NCBI RefSeq assembly: GCF_001447785.1
Contig: NW_015169784.1
Span: forward strand, 725,828-789,827
Length of the DNA stretch: 64,000 nucleotides
Origin: Gekko japonicus
Taxonomy: Eukaryota
Reading direction: 5' to 3'
The translations under genes were made by a program, and so were the position numbers. The notes under the pieces were generated by a model. The model did no database searches. It had not been told where the DNA came from and saw nothing but the letters and a program-made list of their open reading frames with translations. Of this stretch, positions 24,401 through 55,172 are shown one piece after another (position 1 is the first letter of the stretch; each line of letters opens with the position of its first letter).

Positions 24401-26771
24401 CAAGTTGCCCCCTCCGTGCGGATATCTAAATCTGCACATCGGGGGCACCTGGAGGGCAGGGAGATTTGCCTGCACACTTAGAATAGTCTCCAGGTGTGCA
24501 GAAAAATCTAAAAAGTAGAAAAAAGTACACGGGGATATTTAAATCCCCCCAAAAGTAAAAGGGAATGCTCTGAGAACTGCCGTGGCGCCGCTGCTTGGGG
24601 GGGACGTCAAAGGCTTGGCGGGCCGACGGCTGTGAGCCACTCAACCCTCGCCACCACATCCACCGTGGGGGGGGAAAGCTTGGCAGGCCGGCCAGGCCTT
24701 GCCGCCACGATTTATTTATTTATATTTATTTCGGCATTTTTACCCCGCCCTCCCCGCAAGCGGGCTCAGGGCAGCTTACTAGGGGAGAGGGGAGGGAGAA
24801 GGCTTGGGGGAGGGGGAGATTTGGCGGGCCCAGCGACTCGAAGTCGCATGGGCCTCGCCACCGTTGCCAGGGGGAGTTTAGTTGGCCTTTGGGGCCAGGC
24901 AGGGGCGGGGGACGTTTGGCAGGCCCGGCGGCTTGGAGCTGCATTGCCCTTGCCGTCGGGGCCAGGTAGGGCCAGTGGAAAAGGCTTACCTGAGGCAGCT
25001 TCCTCCTCTGCATGGAGCTCCCCCCCCCGCGAGTATCGCAGGTCACCGCCAGTGTTCCCTCTAAGCTGAGTTAGTGTGAGCTAGCTCACAGTTTTTTCGC
25101 CTCCGGCTCACACATTTTTTGTCTTAGCTCAGGAAGGATAACTCCAGAGCAAGCTAATTTATGCAGTAGCCATATCGCTCGCTCACAACTTTAATGCCAG
25201 TAGCTCACAAAGTAGAATTTTTGCTCACAAGACTCCACAGCTTAGAGGGACCATTGGCTCACCGCTTCTTGTTTAAAGTATAATGCCTTGACCGGGATGG
25301 CCCAGGCTAGCCCAATCTCATTGGATCTTGGAAGCTAAGCAGGGTCAGCAATGGTTAGTATGGATGGGAAACCAAGAGGCAGCCAATGCCAAATCAAGTC
25401 TGGTCATCTCTTGCCTTGAACACCCTACAGGACTGCCATAAGTCAGCTGTGACTTGATGGCACTTTCCACCACCACCATATATACAATAATTCGATAATA
25501 TCATATAAAGAACACACATAACACCAAAATCAGGAAGGAAGGCTAATAACAGTTAAAACTTTGTTTACCCTAATCCTCAGCTGGGGGGGGGGGAGATGGC
25601 ATTAAAAAGTGATAACCAGCCAGCATGGCATCATAGCTAATATGTCAGACTTAGATCTGAGAGACTCAGTTGCAAGCCCCCAGTTTACCATGGATGCTTA
25701 CTGAGAGACCTTGGGCCAGTCATTCTCCTTTACCCACCTCACAGTAAAGATCTTTCTATTTTGCTAGGGTTGCCAACCTCCAGGTGGTGGCTGGAGTTCT
25801 CCTGGGAGTACAACTGATCTGCTAGGTGACAGAAATTACTTCGGAAGGTGGACTCTATGGCACTATACTTTGTTAAAGTCCCAACTTTCCCCAAATCCCG
25901 CCCTCCTTAGACTCCACCCCCCAAACCTCAAGGTATTTCCCAATCCGGAATGGGGCCTGGAAATCCCATAGAATCACAGCTGATTTCCAGGCTACCGAGA
26001 AGAAAATGGCTGCTTTGGAATACAGACTGCATGGCACTACACCTCACAGACGTCCTACCCTCCCCAGGCTCCACCCCCAAACCTCCCGGAAAGCTCCAAC
26101 CCACAGATAGCAACCCTATGCTGCCAGACTAAAACTGCTATACGTCCTGAACGACCTCGCAGGATTGTTGTGAAGATAAAACGGGGGAAGGGAGACCCAT
26201 GCGTGCTGCTCTGACTGAGCTCCTTGGGAAAAGGAGAGTGACAAAAATCAGCAGAGGAAACATCTCCATGGGATGGAATTAACCACGACCCCTTCTCTTG
26301 ACTACACCAAAGCTAGGGTTGCCAGGTTCCCCCTGGCCACCAGCAGGGAATTGCGGGGGGGGGGGTGTTTGCTAGATCCAGACCGGGAAACTCCTGAGGA
26401 TTTGGGGATGGAGCCTGGGGAGGACGGAGACCTCAGTGGGGCCCCATGCCACAGAGCCCCCCCTCCAAAGCAGCCATTTTCTCCAGGGGAGCTGATCTCT
26501 GTCGTCTGGAGAGGAGCTGTACTTCCAGGGGATCCCCAGGTCCCACCTGGAGGCTGGCATCCCTACTGAAAAGCAGCGAACTATTCAGTTAAAAGGAACA
26601 ACTACGGCGAACCAGTTTAAAAGTCGGGTCCGCTCTTAACTTTGGGGCAAGCACCATCCTCTTCCTCCCTGCCCTTAGCTACAGCTCCCCTCGGAACCGG
26701 GATGACGCTGCATTTTCCCCTTTGTTAACCCTCCGTCCTTCCCCCCCGAAGGCACAAGAGGCCTTTACCAT
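9398..26771 (-). CDS. UFD1: Ubiquitin recognition factor in ERAD protein 1 (UFD1/UFD1L), 12 coding exons, 307 aa
   Basis: Exons of 3+133+33+122+131+73+69+66+48+89+82+75 = 924 nt with consistent phases. [69 protein letters not shown]...[15 protein letters not shown] is near-identical to human UFD1. Confidence 0.98.
9859..9985 (-). mobile_element. CR1 LINE 3' end fragment
   Basis: cacagaatcatggaatcacag...tccagtccaacc...tcaatgcagga, same family as 51876-52403. Confidence 0.7.
10483..10649. repeat. Short tandem duplication (~80 bp x2)
   Basis: tgttatctgcactct...catggcttattaga occurs twice. Confidence 0.85.
11240..11321 (-). CDS. UFD1: UFD1 exon 11
   Basis: [27 protein letters not shown]. Confidence 0.95.
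13494..13582 (-). CDS. UFD1: UFD1 exon 10
   Basis: [29 protein letters not shown] (SHP-box FxGxGxRL). Confidence 0.95.
14262..14520 (+). mobile_element. 5S rRNA-derived SINE with TSD, inserted in a Squam3-like SINE tail
   Basis: 5S-like gatctcggaagctaagcaggg...tacttggatgggagac. Flanks aagagttgggtttt / aagagttggttttt. Related copies at ~12614, 18745, 25287, 54338, 56352, 61834. Confidence 0.8.
14521..14763 (-). mobile_element. Squam3-like SINE
   Basis: Typical body and tRNA head on minus strand. Confidence 0.7.
14839..14886 (-). CDS. UFD1: UFD1 exon 9
   Basis: [16 protein letters not shown], cag/gtaagt. Confidence 0.92.
15074..15349 (-). mobile_element. Squam3-like SINE
   Basis: agagccagtttggtgtggtggttagg...ctaatctgggagaacc head, (CTT)n tail. 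Confidence 0.8.
16013..16038. repeat. (GT)n microsatellite
   Basis: About 12 GT units. Confidence 0.95.
16098..16163 (-). CDS. UFD1: UFD1 exon 8
   Basis: [22 protein letters not shown]. Confidence 0.95.
16344..16412 (-). CDS. UFD1: UFD1 exon 7
   Basis: [23 protein letters not shown]. Confidence 0.96.
16708..16780 (-). CDS. UFD1: UFD1 exon 6
   Basis: [24 protein letters not shown]. Confidence 0.95.
16781..18271 (-). other. UFD1: U12-type (minor spliceosome) GT-AG intron 5 of UFD1
   Basis: Donor GTATCCTTT. Branch CTTAAC about 12 nt before the AG (aacttaacatcctctcaag). Confidence 0.88.
18272..18402 (-). CDS. UFD1: UFD1 exon 5
   Basis: [44 protein letters not shown], followed by U12-type donor GTATCCTTT. 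Confidence 0.96.
19030..19615 (+). mobile_element. CR1 3' fragment interrupted by a hAT MITE
   Basis: ttcacccaaagagtgattaacacatggaattcactgcc...cttatgttc tail. Confidence 0.7.
19125..19330 (+). mobile_element. hAT-type MITE, copy 1
   Basis: TIR CAGTGTTCCCTCTAAGCTG / CAGCTTAGAGGGAGCATTG, 8-bp flanks gctacaag/tttacaag. Confidence 0.8.
19887..20008 (-). CDS. UFD1: UFD1 exon 4
   Basis: [40 protein letters not shown]. Confidence 0.96.
20389..20606. mobile_element. Penelope-like palindromic remnant with hammerhead-like core
   Basis: Inverted repeat centred on AGATCT (~20515). CTGAAGA-AGTGTGCATGGACAT-GAAA. Confidence 0.65.
21045..21273 (+). mobile_element. Squam3-like SINE
   Basis: tRNA-like head, cctacctcac, aataaataaa tail. 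Confidence 0.65.
21292..21324 (-). CDS. UFD1: UFD1 exon 3
   Basis: [11 protein letters not shown], cag/gtgagt. Confidence 0.95.
22809..22941 (-). CDS. UFD1: UFD1 exon 2
   Basis: FSFNMFDH...EKGGK, AG/GT flanks. Confidence 0.96.
24384..25271 (+). mobile_element. Non-autonomous Helitron-like element with nested hAT MITE
   Basis: A|TCTATATATCTAATA 5' end, GC-rich body, 3' hairpin CCCGCGA-gta-TCGCAGG then CTTG|T once the MITE is removed, no TSD. Confidence 0.55.
25050..25256 (+). mobile_element. hAT-type MITE, copy 2
   Basis: Same TIRs as 19125-19330, flanks gtcaccgc / (g)ctcaccgc. Confidence 0.8.
25764..26566. mobile_element. Cluster of MITEs with TAGGGTTGCCA termini
   Basis: tagggttgcca...gcaacccta / ggcatcccta at 25764-26118 and 26313-26566. 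Related copy ~52516-52740. Confidence 0.6.
26769..26771 (-). CDS. UFD1: UFD1 exon 1 coding part (ATG only)
   Basis: ATC ATG|gtaaag in the CpG island. Exon 2 begins FSFN and needs only a Met. Confidence 0.85.
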
Positions 26772-27796
26772 GATTGCGCGGGATTCTTCCTCCTCTCCTC
26801 CGATTCTGGCCGGCCGCCCCCAAAGCAGCCCCACTCAGCCCCCGGGAAGAGGCTAGCGAAACAAACACACCAACTTCTCTCTCCGGGCACCGACTGGCAG
26901 CCTCGTTGTTGTCACTAAGGGAAATAGAACCCGGGGCAGGAGGCGTTCCTCAGCCTGGCCCCTCTCGGGGGCACTTACTGCTGACCCTCAATTTTATTTT
27001 TAAGGCTAGCATCGCCAGCTCAGAATCTGGGGGTATCTCTGCAATATATCTGGAACAGTATTGATTTTTTAAAAAGTGTAAATGTGGTAGATTTTGCAAG
27101 TTCCATCAAAAAACTACATTTCCCAGAATGCAGCATGTGGGAATAAAATGACTTCCACTTCCGTGTGTAATAGAGGTTAGGTATTAGAGATCGGGAAACA
27201 AATGTACGGTCATAAACGGCTGGTAAAAATTGAAAGCGATGGGTCTCTGTGACTGTTACTCTAGGCTTTGACATCTCTATGATGAAAGCCGTCTAAATGT
27301 TGCAAGAGTGGAACGGTAGACCGAGAGTTCCGGTACAAGATTGCAGCTTTTTCCTATTTTTATTAGCAGTTCTGGTCTAAAATAATATCTGACACTTTAT
27401 TCGTTTCTGCACATTAATTCCTATGCGTTTCCACCACTGGAGCCCCGCACATGGAAGATTCGACAGCCCGCAATATGGAAAGGGAACGTCTTGTTCCCTT
27501 ATCTCTATGGGTCCCTTGCTTTGTTCTCATCTATCGATCCGACGCAGGCACCGGCACGGCTAATGACGATTGGTGGAGAAGCTTGGACGTGGCCGTAAGA
27601 TTTACCCAATCAACACGTAAGAGGGGGGCATGCCCCCTGGACAGATCGTGAAAACGCCATTGGACAATACCGACAGCGTCTTGACCAATGAGAGAAACGA
27701 GAGATTTGGCGCCTTCCTTTGAGGCACGAATTGTAGTATCGTCTCCGCATCTGCCGCCATTGTCGTCTTCCCTTTCAGCGGAGTCGGTCTCCGGTC
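26772..27796. promoter_or_regulatory. UFD1/CDC45 bidirectional promoter
   Basis: ATGs are 1,025 bp apart, head-to-head. ZNF143/SBS motif ACTACATTTCCCAGAATGCA 27113-27132, ETS CACTTCCG ~27156, four CCAAT/ATTGG boxes 27569-27689, E2F site TTTGGCGCC 27705-27713, YY1-like GCCGCCAT ~27753. Confidence 0.85.
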
Positions 27797-47709
<19,913 letters not shown>

Positions 47710-47973
47710 TGGTAAGGAGGAGCTGAAGGACAATTTTAAACATTTTATTTATAATTGATTCTACAACATGCGATGGTGGCTGTTGATCCTGTTTTATTGA
47801 TTTTTTTTGTTCTTTGTAAATTCTTGATGCCTTGCATGTTTCTCTTGTATATATGAAAATATGTAAATATTGTCTGTTATTTTGTCTACTATAATCTTGT
47901 ATAGACATCATATAAACTTATTTTAATGAGTGTCTAGATACAGCTGAAGCAAACTTTTACCATATTTTAATCC

Positions 47974-47979
47974 AATAAA
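47974..47979 (+). terminator. Candidate CDC45 polyadenylation signal
   Basis: AATAAA 265 nt after the stop, in an AU-rich UTR with a U-rich downstream stretch. Confidence 0.55.
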
Positions 47980-49365
47980 ATTTTTATTTCACATCTTTAT
48001 TGATGGAAGATTACTGTGCTATCTAAGATACATGAACATCAGTTTTGTCCTCCCATTCACCTGCCCCTCCCTCTTTTAACCCTGGACTGATGGCCCCAAG
48101 TTCAATCAATGGCATCTCCAGTTAAAAGGATCAGGAAGTGAATGATATTAAGGGCATCTGCTTGAGACCCCATAGAGCCACTGAAAAGCAGAGAACTGAA
48201 TGCTGTCCTTGAGAGACCCATGGTCATATACTGGAACATCATGTGCTTGTACTTTGAATGCCAGAGGGCCTTGGTTCAGTCCTTAGAATCCCCAATTAAA
48301 ATGATATTATGGTTGAGAATAAGCTCTTTCTGAGACCTTGAAGGGCTGCTATTAGAAGAGACTATACAGAGATAGCTAGAAGGTCCAGTAGTCTGAAAAC
48401 ATAAGGCACCCTCATATGTATTTTGTTTTTAGGGCCTGGCTCTCAGATGACACCCTCAATGTACATTTTAGACCCCAGTTCCCCATTCAGCCACTTTTAA
48501 CAATCATGGCTGTAAATTTTTCCTATCCCTGCTGCTTAAGGCGTCCTAATGTCTTTATAGCTAGTCAACAAAATAGCGATGAATATTCCCTTTCTTGTGT
48601 TGGCGGAACAGCTATTAACCCAGCAGATCATAACTTTTTGAAGTGTTGCTTGCTGCACAGCCTTTATGCAGGGGAAGGTACTTGAACAATTGAGCCCCCT
48701 CTAGTGGGAGTCTGAGAACTGAAACTAGGCAATGTCTCCCGCTATGCAGTTCAATCAAATATAAAAATAACTACTTTGATTCTGCAGGCTTAACTCCCGT
48801 GTATTGACCACTGGCTGCAGGAGGCATGCCAAGAACTTTCCTTTGTGGGAAGATTAATGTGCTTCATAGCTGTTTGTTCAAGCTAAGAGTTTTGGCTGCC
48901 ATTGGAATTTTAAAATAAAATAGCTAAGGGACTAACAAATCGGCTTACGCTGTATTGTGTACATGCATTCCATTTTGTAGTGTCTGAATGCAACTAGAAA
49001 CATTCCCAAAGGATTAAAAAGGAGCATATTTTCCCTTCCACTATACTTGTTTTTTGTAGAAATATAATGTGATAGACAACTTTTAATTAGTTGTAGTCCA
49101 TATTTGGATTTTAAAGGGGAAGGGCAGGTTACTTAAGAATTTTCTTTAAAGTCTTTTTATCCTGATTTTCCAAATAAGAATCTGCTCAAAATGGTAAAAC
49201 TCTAGAAAATTATAAGAACAATTGCCATTATTTAAATTGATGCATGAAAACATCCAGCACTGAAGAAAGACAACAGAGCAAAATTAAATGTGGAATGAGT
49301 ATTTCCCTTTGGCTTGCTACAAAGCTGGAAATCAGGAGTAGATGCATCAGCCAGATCAATTGGAG

Positions 49366-49900
49366 GAGGGGTGTTGAACTAATTTGTTATGAGGGCCGGA
49401 TCTGACATAAATGAGACCTTATTGGGCCGGGCCATGTGTGTCATAAAATGTAATGCCAGGTAGTGGAGATATAAACTTTATAAAGTACACAAACACAAAG
49501 ATTTTTTTTTACTTAAAATAAAAACATACGTAAAACAGTAGCACTCTAGCAATATTTTGTTTATTTAACAGTATCTGATAATTGACACCTCTTGTTCTGA
49601 ATTATTGCATCAAAATGTCTGTACTGTTGCAATCTTGAGTATGCTGTTCAAGTGTGTATCTGTAAGCTGCAATCCTACTTTTGATTTATTGACATTTACC
49701 ACAGAAATCTCATGCTCAGAGTTCTGAGTCTAGGACCCAGGTTAAAACATGAAATGGCTGAGCGAGTGAGAGAGTCTGGGGAAGCAAGCTATGATGCAGC
49801 AGCAGAACTGGAAGCAGGAGATGGCCAATTCCAGTGCGGGCCTGATAGAAGCCCTCCAGGGGCCTGATCTGGTCCCTGGGCCACATGTTTGACACCCCTG
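49366..49900. mobile_element. hAT (Charlie-like) non-autonomous element
   Basis: Termini GAGGGGTGTTGAAC / GTTTGACACCCCTG, 8-bp TSD aattggag/aactggag. Confidence 0.75.
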
Positions 49901-51875
49901 AACTGGAGGCTCAGGGAGAAGAAAAGCCCACTGAGTGTGGAGTGACAGTGAAAGAACCATCCTTCAGTCATCTTAGTTTATGACACAGTAGCTTTTAAAT
50001 ACAGTAACAGTGCAATCCTAAATAGAGTTAGAAGGGTGTACGTCTGTTTAAATCGATGGGTTTAGAAGGTTGTAGTATATTAGGATTACCCTGTAAGACA
50101 GCTAGGATGGTTAGTAGACAAGTAGGAGAGAAATATTTTATATAAGATGCATTACCTATGAAAGACAGTGGCCTTTAGTCAGTCAGTGGCCTTTAGTCTT
50201 GATCTCTGCAGACAAGAATAAAGCTCTGTATAGTTTTAGTTTTTAACTCCTGCTACCTGTTTTATTAGCCATTCTTATCAGCTGCTTTGGGCCTTTTATA
50301 AAGGATTTCTGGTCTCGCCCTATCTAATCTCTGCATGTTTTCTTTTTAGATTGCAGTGTTTATAAATTGGCCTTTATCGATAAGTCTTACTTATTCCATT
50401 GCCGACTGGCCTGCAAGGGAGCAATCATTGCCTCTTAATACATGAACTGGATGTTTTTCTGTAGACATTCAGAAAACAGACAGGTCTGTCCCCTGCAGCA
50501 CACATGAAATGTTACAGATTATAAAGCTGAAATCCTGGAAAAGCCAAAGAGATGCTTGATAGAAAAGCATCTAGTCATGCACGTTGAAAGGTTGGCATGC
50601 TGACTTTTGAAAGGTTTCCACACAGGACTGCTATAGGTATGATGCTGCAGGAAATAAATGTCTTAATGTGCCTTTCCTGAAGACCCCCCCCCCCCAAGAA
50701 GATTCCTATAACTCTTTAAACCTGGATCTGAAACCCACTAAACTGGCTTCAAACCCTAGATAGCCATAACTGTCCATAACTTTGGTGCTAACCACCCCTG
50801 GGTAGAGATCTGGCTTCCAGTTCGCTTACTGTGGTCAGTTAGGAGCCAGGACTGAGCCTGCTGTTGCCCTGCCCTAGTAGAGGAGAGGAAAAACTGTCTC
50901 GGTTGTACCACCTTGGACTGCAGGTGGCAGAGCCACACACGACTAAACATTGCTTTTTAATCTCTGCATGTGGAAAAACACGTCCAGGAAGAGGGAGCAG
51001 ACCAGCTTGTTTACTGCAATAGTGATGTACATAGTTAGGAAACGGAAATCATACAACAGAGTGTCCTGAGAATAAAATAAAGCAGAATAAACGGTAGCTC
51101 ACCTTGAGCCAATCTACGTTTTCAGAAGGCGTCATTCCATCTCATTTGGATCAATGAGGTCACCAGCTTGTAACGAAGGACTGGATGGTGGAAATTGTTC
51201 TTGTTTGGCTACTGTTTTCAACGTCACAACACATTCAACGTGGAGTAAAGTCAGACGTATTGCTAAACGGTGTCTTAACATTCCGTACTGACTTAAAACC
51301 TCTGGCATTCTACCACTGTGTATTTTGCCAGCAGGAAATATTGAGACGCATTAAGTACATGAAGGATAATAGGAATTCATGGTGACAGGAACCTTTCCCT
51401 TGATTGCAGGCTGAGTTTCCGTAATTTGTAGATGTTTCGTTACATAATTATCGCTCGTAGTGTGGCGGAGTTCAAGAAGTGAGGCAAAGATCAGATAGAT
51501 AGCCCTGCATGCTCTGGGCGGGGGTACAGCTTGAATCCAGTTGCATGGGGCTTCTGTTTCTCACGGACTAGTCATGGGCAACTGAAGCTTCAGCTGGTCC
51601 TTGGACTAACCATGCGGGGTTGCCCAGAGGCCTGGAGAAAACTGTCCTGTCCCTTTAATAGAGGCTTGATCTGTGGAAATGGGCAGCTGAAGCTTTTCAA
51701 GGCCTGGCGGTAAATAATACATCCTGGTAAACAGACCATCATTAAGCCAGTATCAAATCAAATTTATTCTTACAGTCAATGACCAGTGCACTCAATAAGC
51801 CAGTATTAAAGGGACAGGATGTTCTTCAAGTCTGTTGGCAACTGTATTCCCATCTGGCCCTCCATAGCAGCCCTG

Positions 51876-52403
51876 ATTCATAGAAATCATAGACTCACAA
51901 CATTGGAAAGGGCCATACAGGTCCAACCCCCTGCTCAATGCAGGATCAGCCTACAGTATCCCTGACGTGCTTGTCCAGCAGCTGCTTAAAGTCTGCCAGT
52001 AAGGGGGAGCTCACCACCTCCCTAGGCAGCTGATTCCACTGTTGCACAACTCTTACTGTAAAAAAGTTTTCCCTAATATCCAGCCGGTACCTTCCCACCC
52101 TTAATTTGAACCCATTATTGCGAGTCCTCTCCTCTGCTGCCAACAGGAACAGCTCCCTGCCCTCCTCTAAGGGACAGACCTTCAAATATTTCAAGAGAGC
52201 AATCCTGTCCCCCCTCAACCTCCTCCAGACTGAACTTTTCCAAGCCCCTCAGCCTTTCCTCATAGGGCTTGGTCTCCAGGCCCCTGATCATCCTCATTGC
52301 TCTTCTCTCCATGCACTCCATTCTGCCCACATCCTTTTTTGAAGTAAGGCCTCCAGAACTGCACACAATCCTCCAGGTGCAGCCTGACCAATGCAATGTA
52401 CAG
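51876..52403 (-). mobile_element. CR1 LINE 3' fragment (ORF2 C-terminus)
   Basis: ORF-track peptides ERRAMRMIRGLETKPYEERLRGL and FFTVRVVQQWNQLPREVV are CR1 ORF2. ATTCTATG-like tail. Confidence 0.9.
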
Positions 52404-53202
52404 CTCTCCCTGCAATGCTCTCCTAGTTAGGCATCTCTGCCACCACTAAGTGACCAAGTTGCCTAATAAGGGGAAAGTTTGGACACAGCAGTGCGTTAAG
52501 CGTGGAGCTAATGGTTTAGGTTTGCCAACCTCTCCTGGTGGTGGCTGGAGATTTCCCGGGATTACAACTGATCTCCAGGCAACAGAGATCAGTTCACCTG
52601 GAGAAAATAGCCGCTTTGGAAGGTGGACTCTATGGAATTATACCCCATTGAAGTTCTTCCTCTCCCCAAGCCCTGCCCTCCTCAGGGCCCCACCCCCAAA
52701 ATCTCCCAAGTATTTCTGAACCCGGAGCTGTCAACTCTGCTAATATTGACGTTCAGATCTGGCCGAATTTAAAATGTGGTCCATGTTAAAATGGCTAACT
52801 ATTTAACCTTATCATTAATGTCCTATTAGAGAAAGCTGGAACTTTCTGAATTGTAGGAAATAAGAGGGAATGAACGGAATTCAGACAAAGAGCTGTAACA
52901 TTGATAGAGCTGTGCAACCAGTTTAGAAATGGCCTCACTGTATTCAGTTCAAATGTACCTTTCCCAGGCAAACTGTTGTTGAGGTTTATTTGATGCTGTG
53001 CCATAATCTTTGCATTCAAGGACGGATTTGAAAGAAGTGGTGGTTGGACCTGCCCCTGTTTTCTGACTTGCTGGACAGAACTGAGCATAGCAGCTATTTT
53101 TTTTACAGGCCTGTGCTATCGTAACCTGTTTCTGCAAGACTGGCATACTTCCAGAGCAGACAGCAGGTACCTCTTGGTGGTATAGTACCCCCTACAGTTC
53201 TT

Positions 53203-53837
53203 GGAGCGGTGGTGCAGGCGGTAAATGAAGCCTGCTTTAACATCTGGCCGAACAGCTCCGGCTGTTTGAGCCCCACCGTGGCCGGGGTGAGCTCTCGGCC
53301 CTAGGTCCCAGCTCCCGCCCACCCAGCGGCTCGAAAGACCAGTAAAGGGGAATAGACAAATGGGTACCTGCTATTAGAGTGGGGGGGGGCACCTGTCCCT
53401 TGTGTAGCGGCGGCAGCGGTGAGTGATGAGCGGCGGCGGCGGAGAAGTATGGCGGCGGCTGGCGAGGCAAAAAGCGAGCGAAGGAGGCTGGACCAACAAG
53501 CGTGGAGGCGGAGCATCGCAGCAGGCCGGAGCCTAGTCTGGACAGAGGCCGCAGCGAGCATGTGCGGAAGTGCGAGTGGCCCAGGCCTGGAAAAGGAATC
53601 GCAACAGCCAGAAAGCGTAACTTCAAAGACCAGCGCCAGAGAGGACGCCGCCGGACTATCTCCCGCAAGAAAGACAATAACAAAGATCCGCTACAAAATA
53701 GGGGTGCCTGGTAGGCTTGTCACTTTCCCTATATGTATGTGGCCCTAGGCTAGGATTTGTGTTAATTGAAACATGTAAGCCGCTCAGAGCCCTAAGGGGG
53801 TGAGCCGGATACAAACTGAAGAAATAAATAAATAAAT
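53203..53837 (+). mobile_element. GC-rich composite retroposon (tRNA/Sauria-like head, L2-type tail)
   Basis: Head ggagcggtggtgcaggcggtaaa...cccagctcccgccacccagcggctcgaaag, tail tgtaagccgctcagagcc...(AAAT)n. Confidence 0.45.
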
Positions 53838-54624
53838 TGGAGGGTGCTTTTTGTTAAAGCCCAGCGAAAGCAAGGCAAGCACTGCCTGTCTCTTTCAATT
53901 CCTTCCAACTCAATGACAGGTGTGTCTGATTTTCTCCTGACACGCTGCGAAAGGCCGGTTAAATGAAAGTAAATTCCACGGAATTAAACAGTGGAAAAGC
54001 TTTTGATTTATTAATAGACGAGTTACAAAAAAAGGGGGGGGGAGGCCATCTGTAAGCTTTTTAATTGCTGCATGGCAGCCAGAATTTCAGCTGGTACTAC
54101 TCTCTCCATTGCTGCATTCCTGTGCCGGGAAAACTATTCCCCGCTGGCAGAATTTCTGCCTGTGGCAGAGATTCTGCTCCTTTTAAAAGGCGGCAGTCCT
54201 TATATGGCTGACACATATTTGAGATTCTCGGTCTTTCTGAGTGACAGGAGCCAGCCTTTTGATAACTTTCCCTCAACTGTTCTTGTTGATCAGCAGAAGG
54301 AAAATGATGTAATTCAGGGTATATACATTCTGCATGGCCCGACCTGCATGCCTCACCTGATCTCATTAGATCTCAAAAGCTAAGCAGGGCCAGCCTGGGT
54401 CAGTGTTTGGATGGGAGACCACTAAGGAAGTCCAGGGTGGCTATGCAGAGGCAGGCCATGGCAAACCACCTCTGAATGTCTCCTGTCTTAAAAACCCAGT
54501 GAGGGGTCACCACAAGTCCACGGCCACTTGACAGTACTTACCACCACCAAACTCTGCACCACCACCCCCGCCCCAATCCAGATTCTGCAGCAAAATATAT
54601 TAAGGTAGGGGAAGGGCTGTGTAA

Positions 54625-54790
54625 GGGAAGGAGCTATGGCTGAGTGGCAGAGCATCTGCTTGGCATGCAGAAGGTCCCCGGTTCAATCCCTGGCATCTCC
54701 AGTTGAAAGGACCAGACAGGAGGTGACGGGAAAGACCTCTGCCTAAGACCCTGGAGAGCCACTGCCAGTCTCAGTGGACAGTACTGGCCT
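54625..54790 (+). mobile_element. tRNA-derived SINE
   Basis: A/B box head ggctgagtggcagagcatctgcttggcatgcagaaggtccccggttcaatccctggc, followed by non-tRNA body. Confidence 0.7.
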
Positions 54791-54793
54791 AAT

Positions 54794-55172
54794 CAGGGCT
54801 CTTTTTGTAGAAAAAGCCCAGCAGGAACTAATTAGCCTAATAGGCCACACCCAACAGCAGAAACTCCTTAGCCTATTAGGCCACACCCCTGACAGCACAG
54901 CTCATTAGCACATTAGGCCGCACCCCCATGTTACCAGAAGTCTGGTCATCCAGCCACACCAACCTGTTGCTTCTTATTCTGTTTACCTCGTCTGTTGTCA
55001 AAACCCAGGGCTTTTTTTGTAGCCGGAACCCCTTTGCATGTTAGGCCACACACCCCTAATGTAGCCAGTCCTAATGAATTTCTGCTGTTGGGTGTGGCCT
55101 GCTATTATGCGAATGAGTTCCTGCTGGGCGTGGCCAACTCGGGAGCCAGCCGGAACTCCGTTCCTGTGCGTT
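54794..55172. mobile_element. hAT-like MITE(s) with CAGGGCT...AGCCCTG termini and internal ggccacaccc repeats
   Basis: cagggctctttttg at 54794, aaaatagccctg at ~55161-55172. Confidence 0.55.

Noticed and set aside
24426-25069. Overlapping GC-rich ORFs or a CpG-island gene
   Set aside because: Inside the Helitron-like element, low-complexity translation.
53277-53340. HDV-like ribozyme in the composite retroposon head
   Set aside because: I could not assemble the P1/P1.1/P3 nested pseudoknot by eye.
54625-54700. tRNA gene
   Set aside because: The tRNA-like head continues into a repeat body found elsewhere in the window, and the acceptor stem is imperfect. It is a SINE head.
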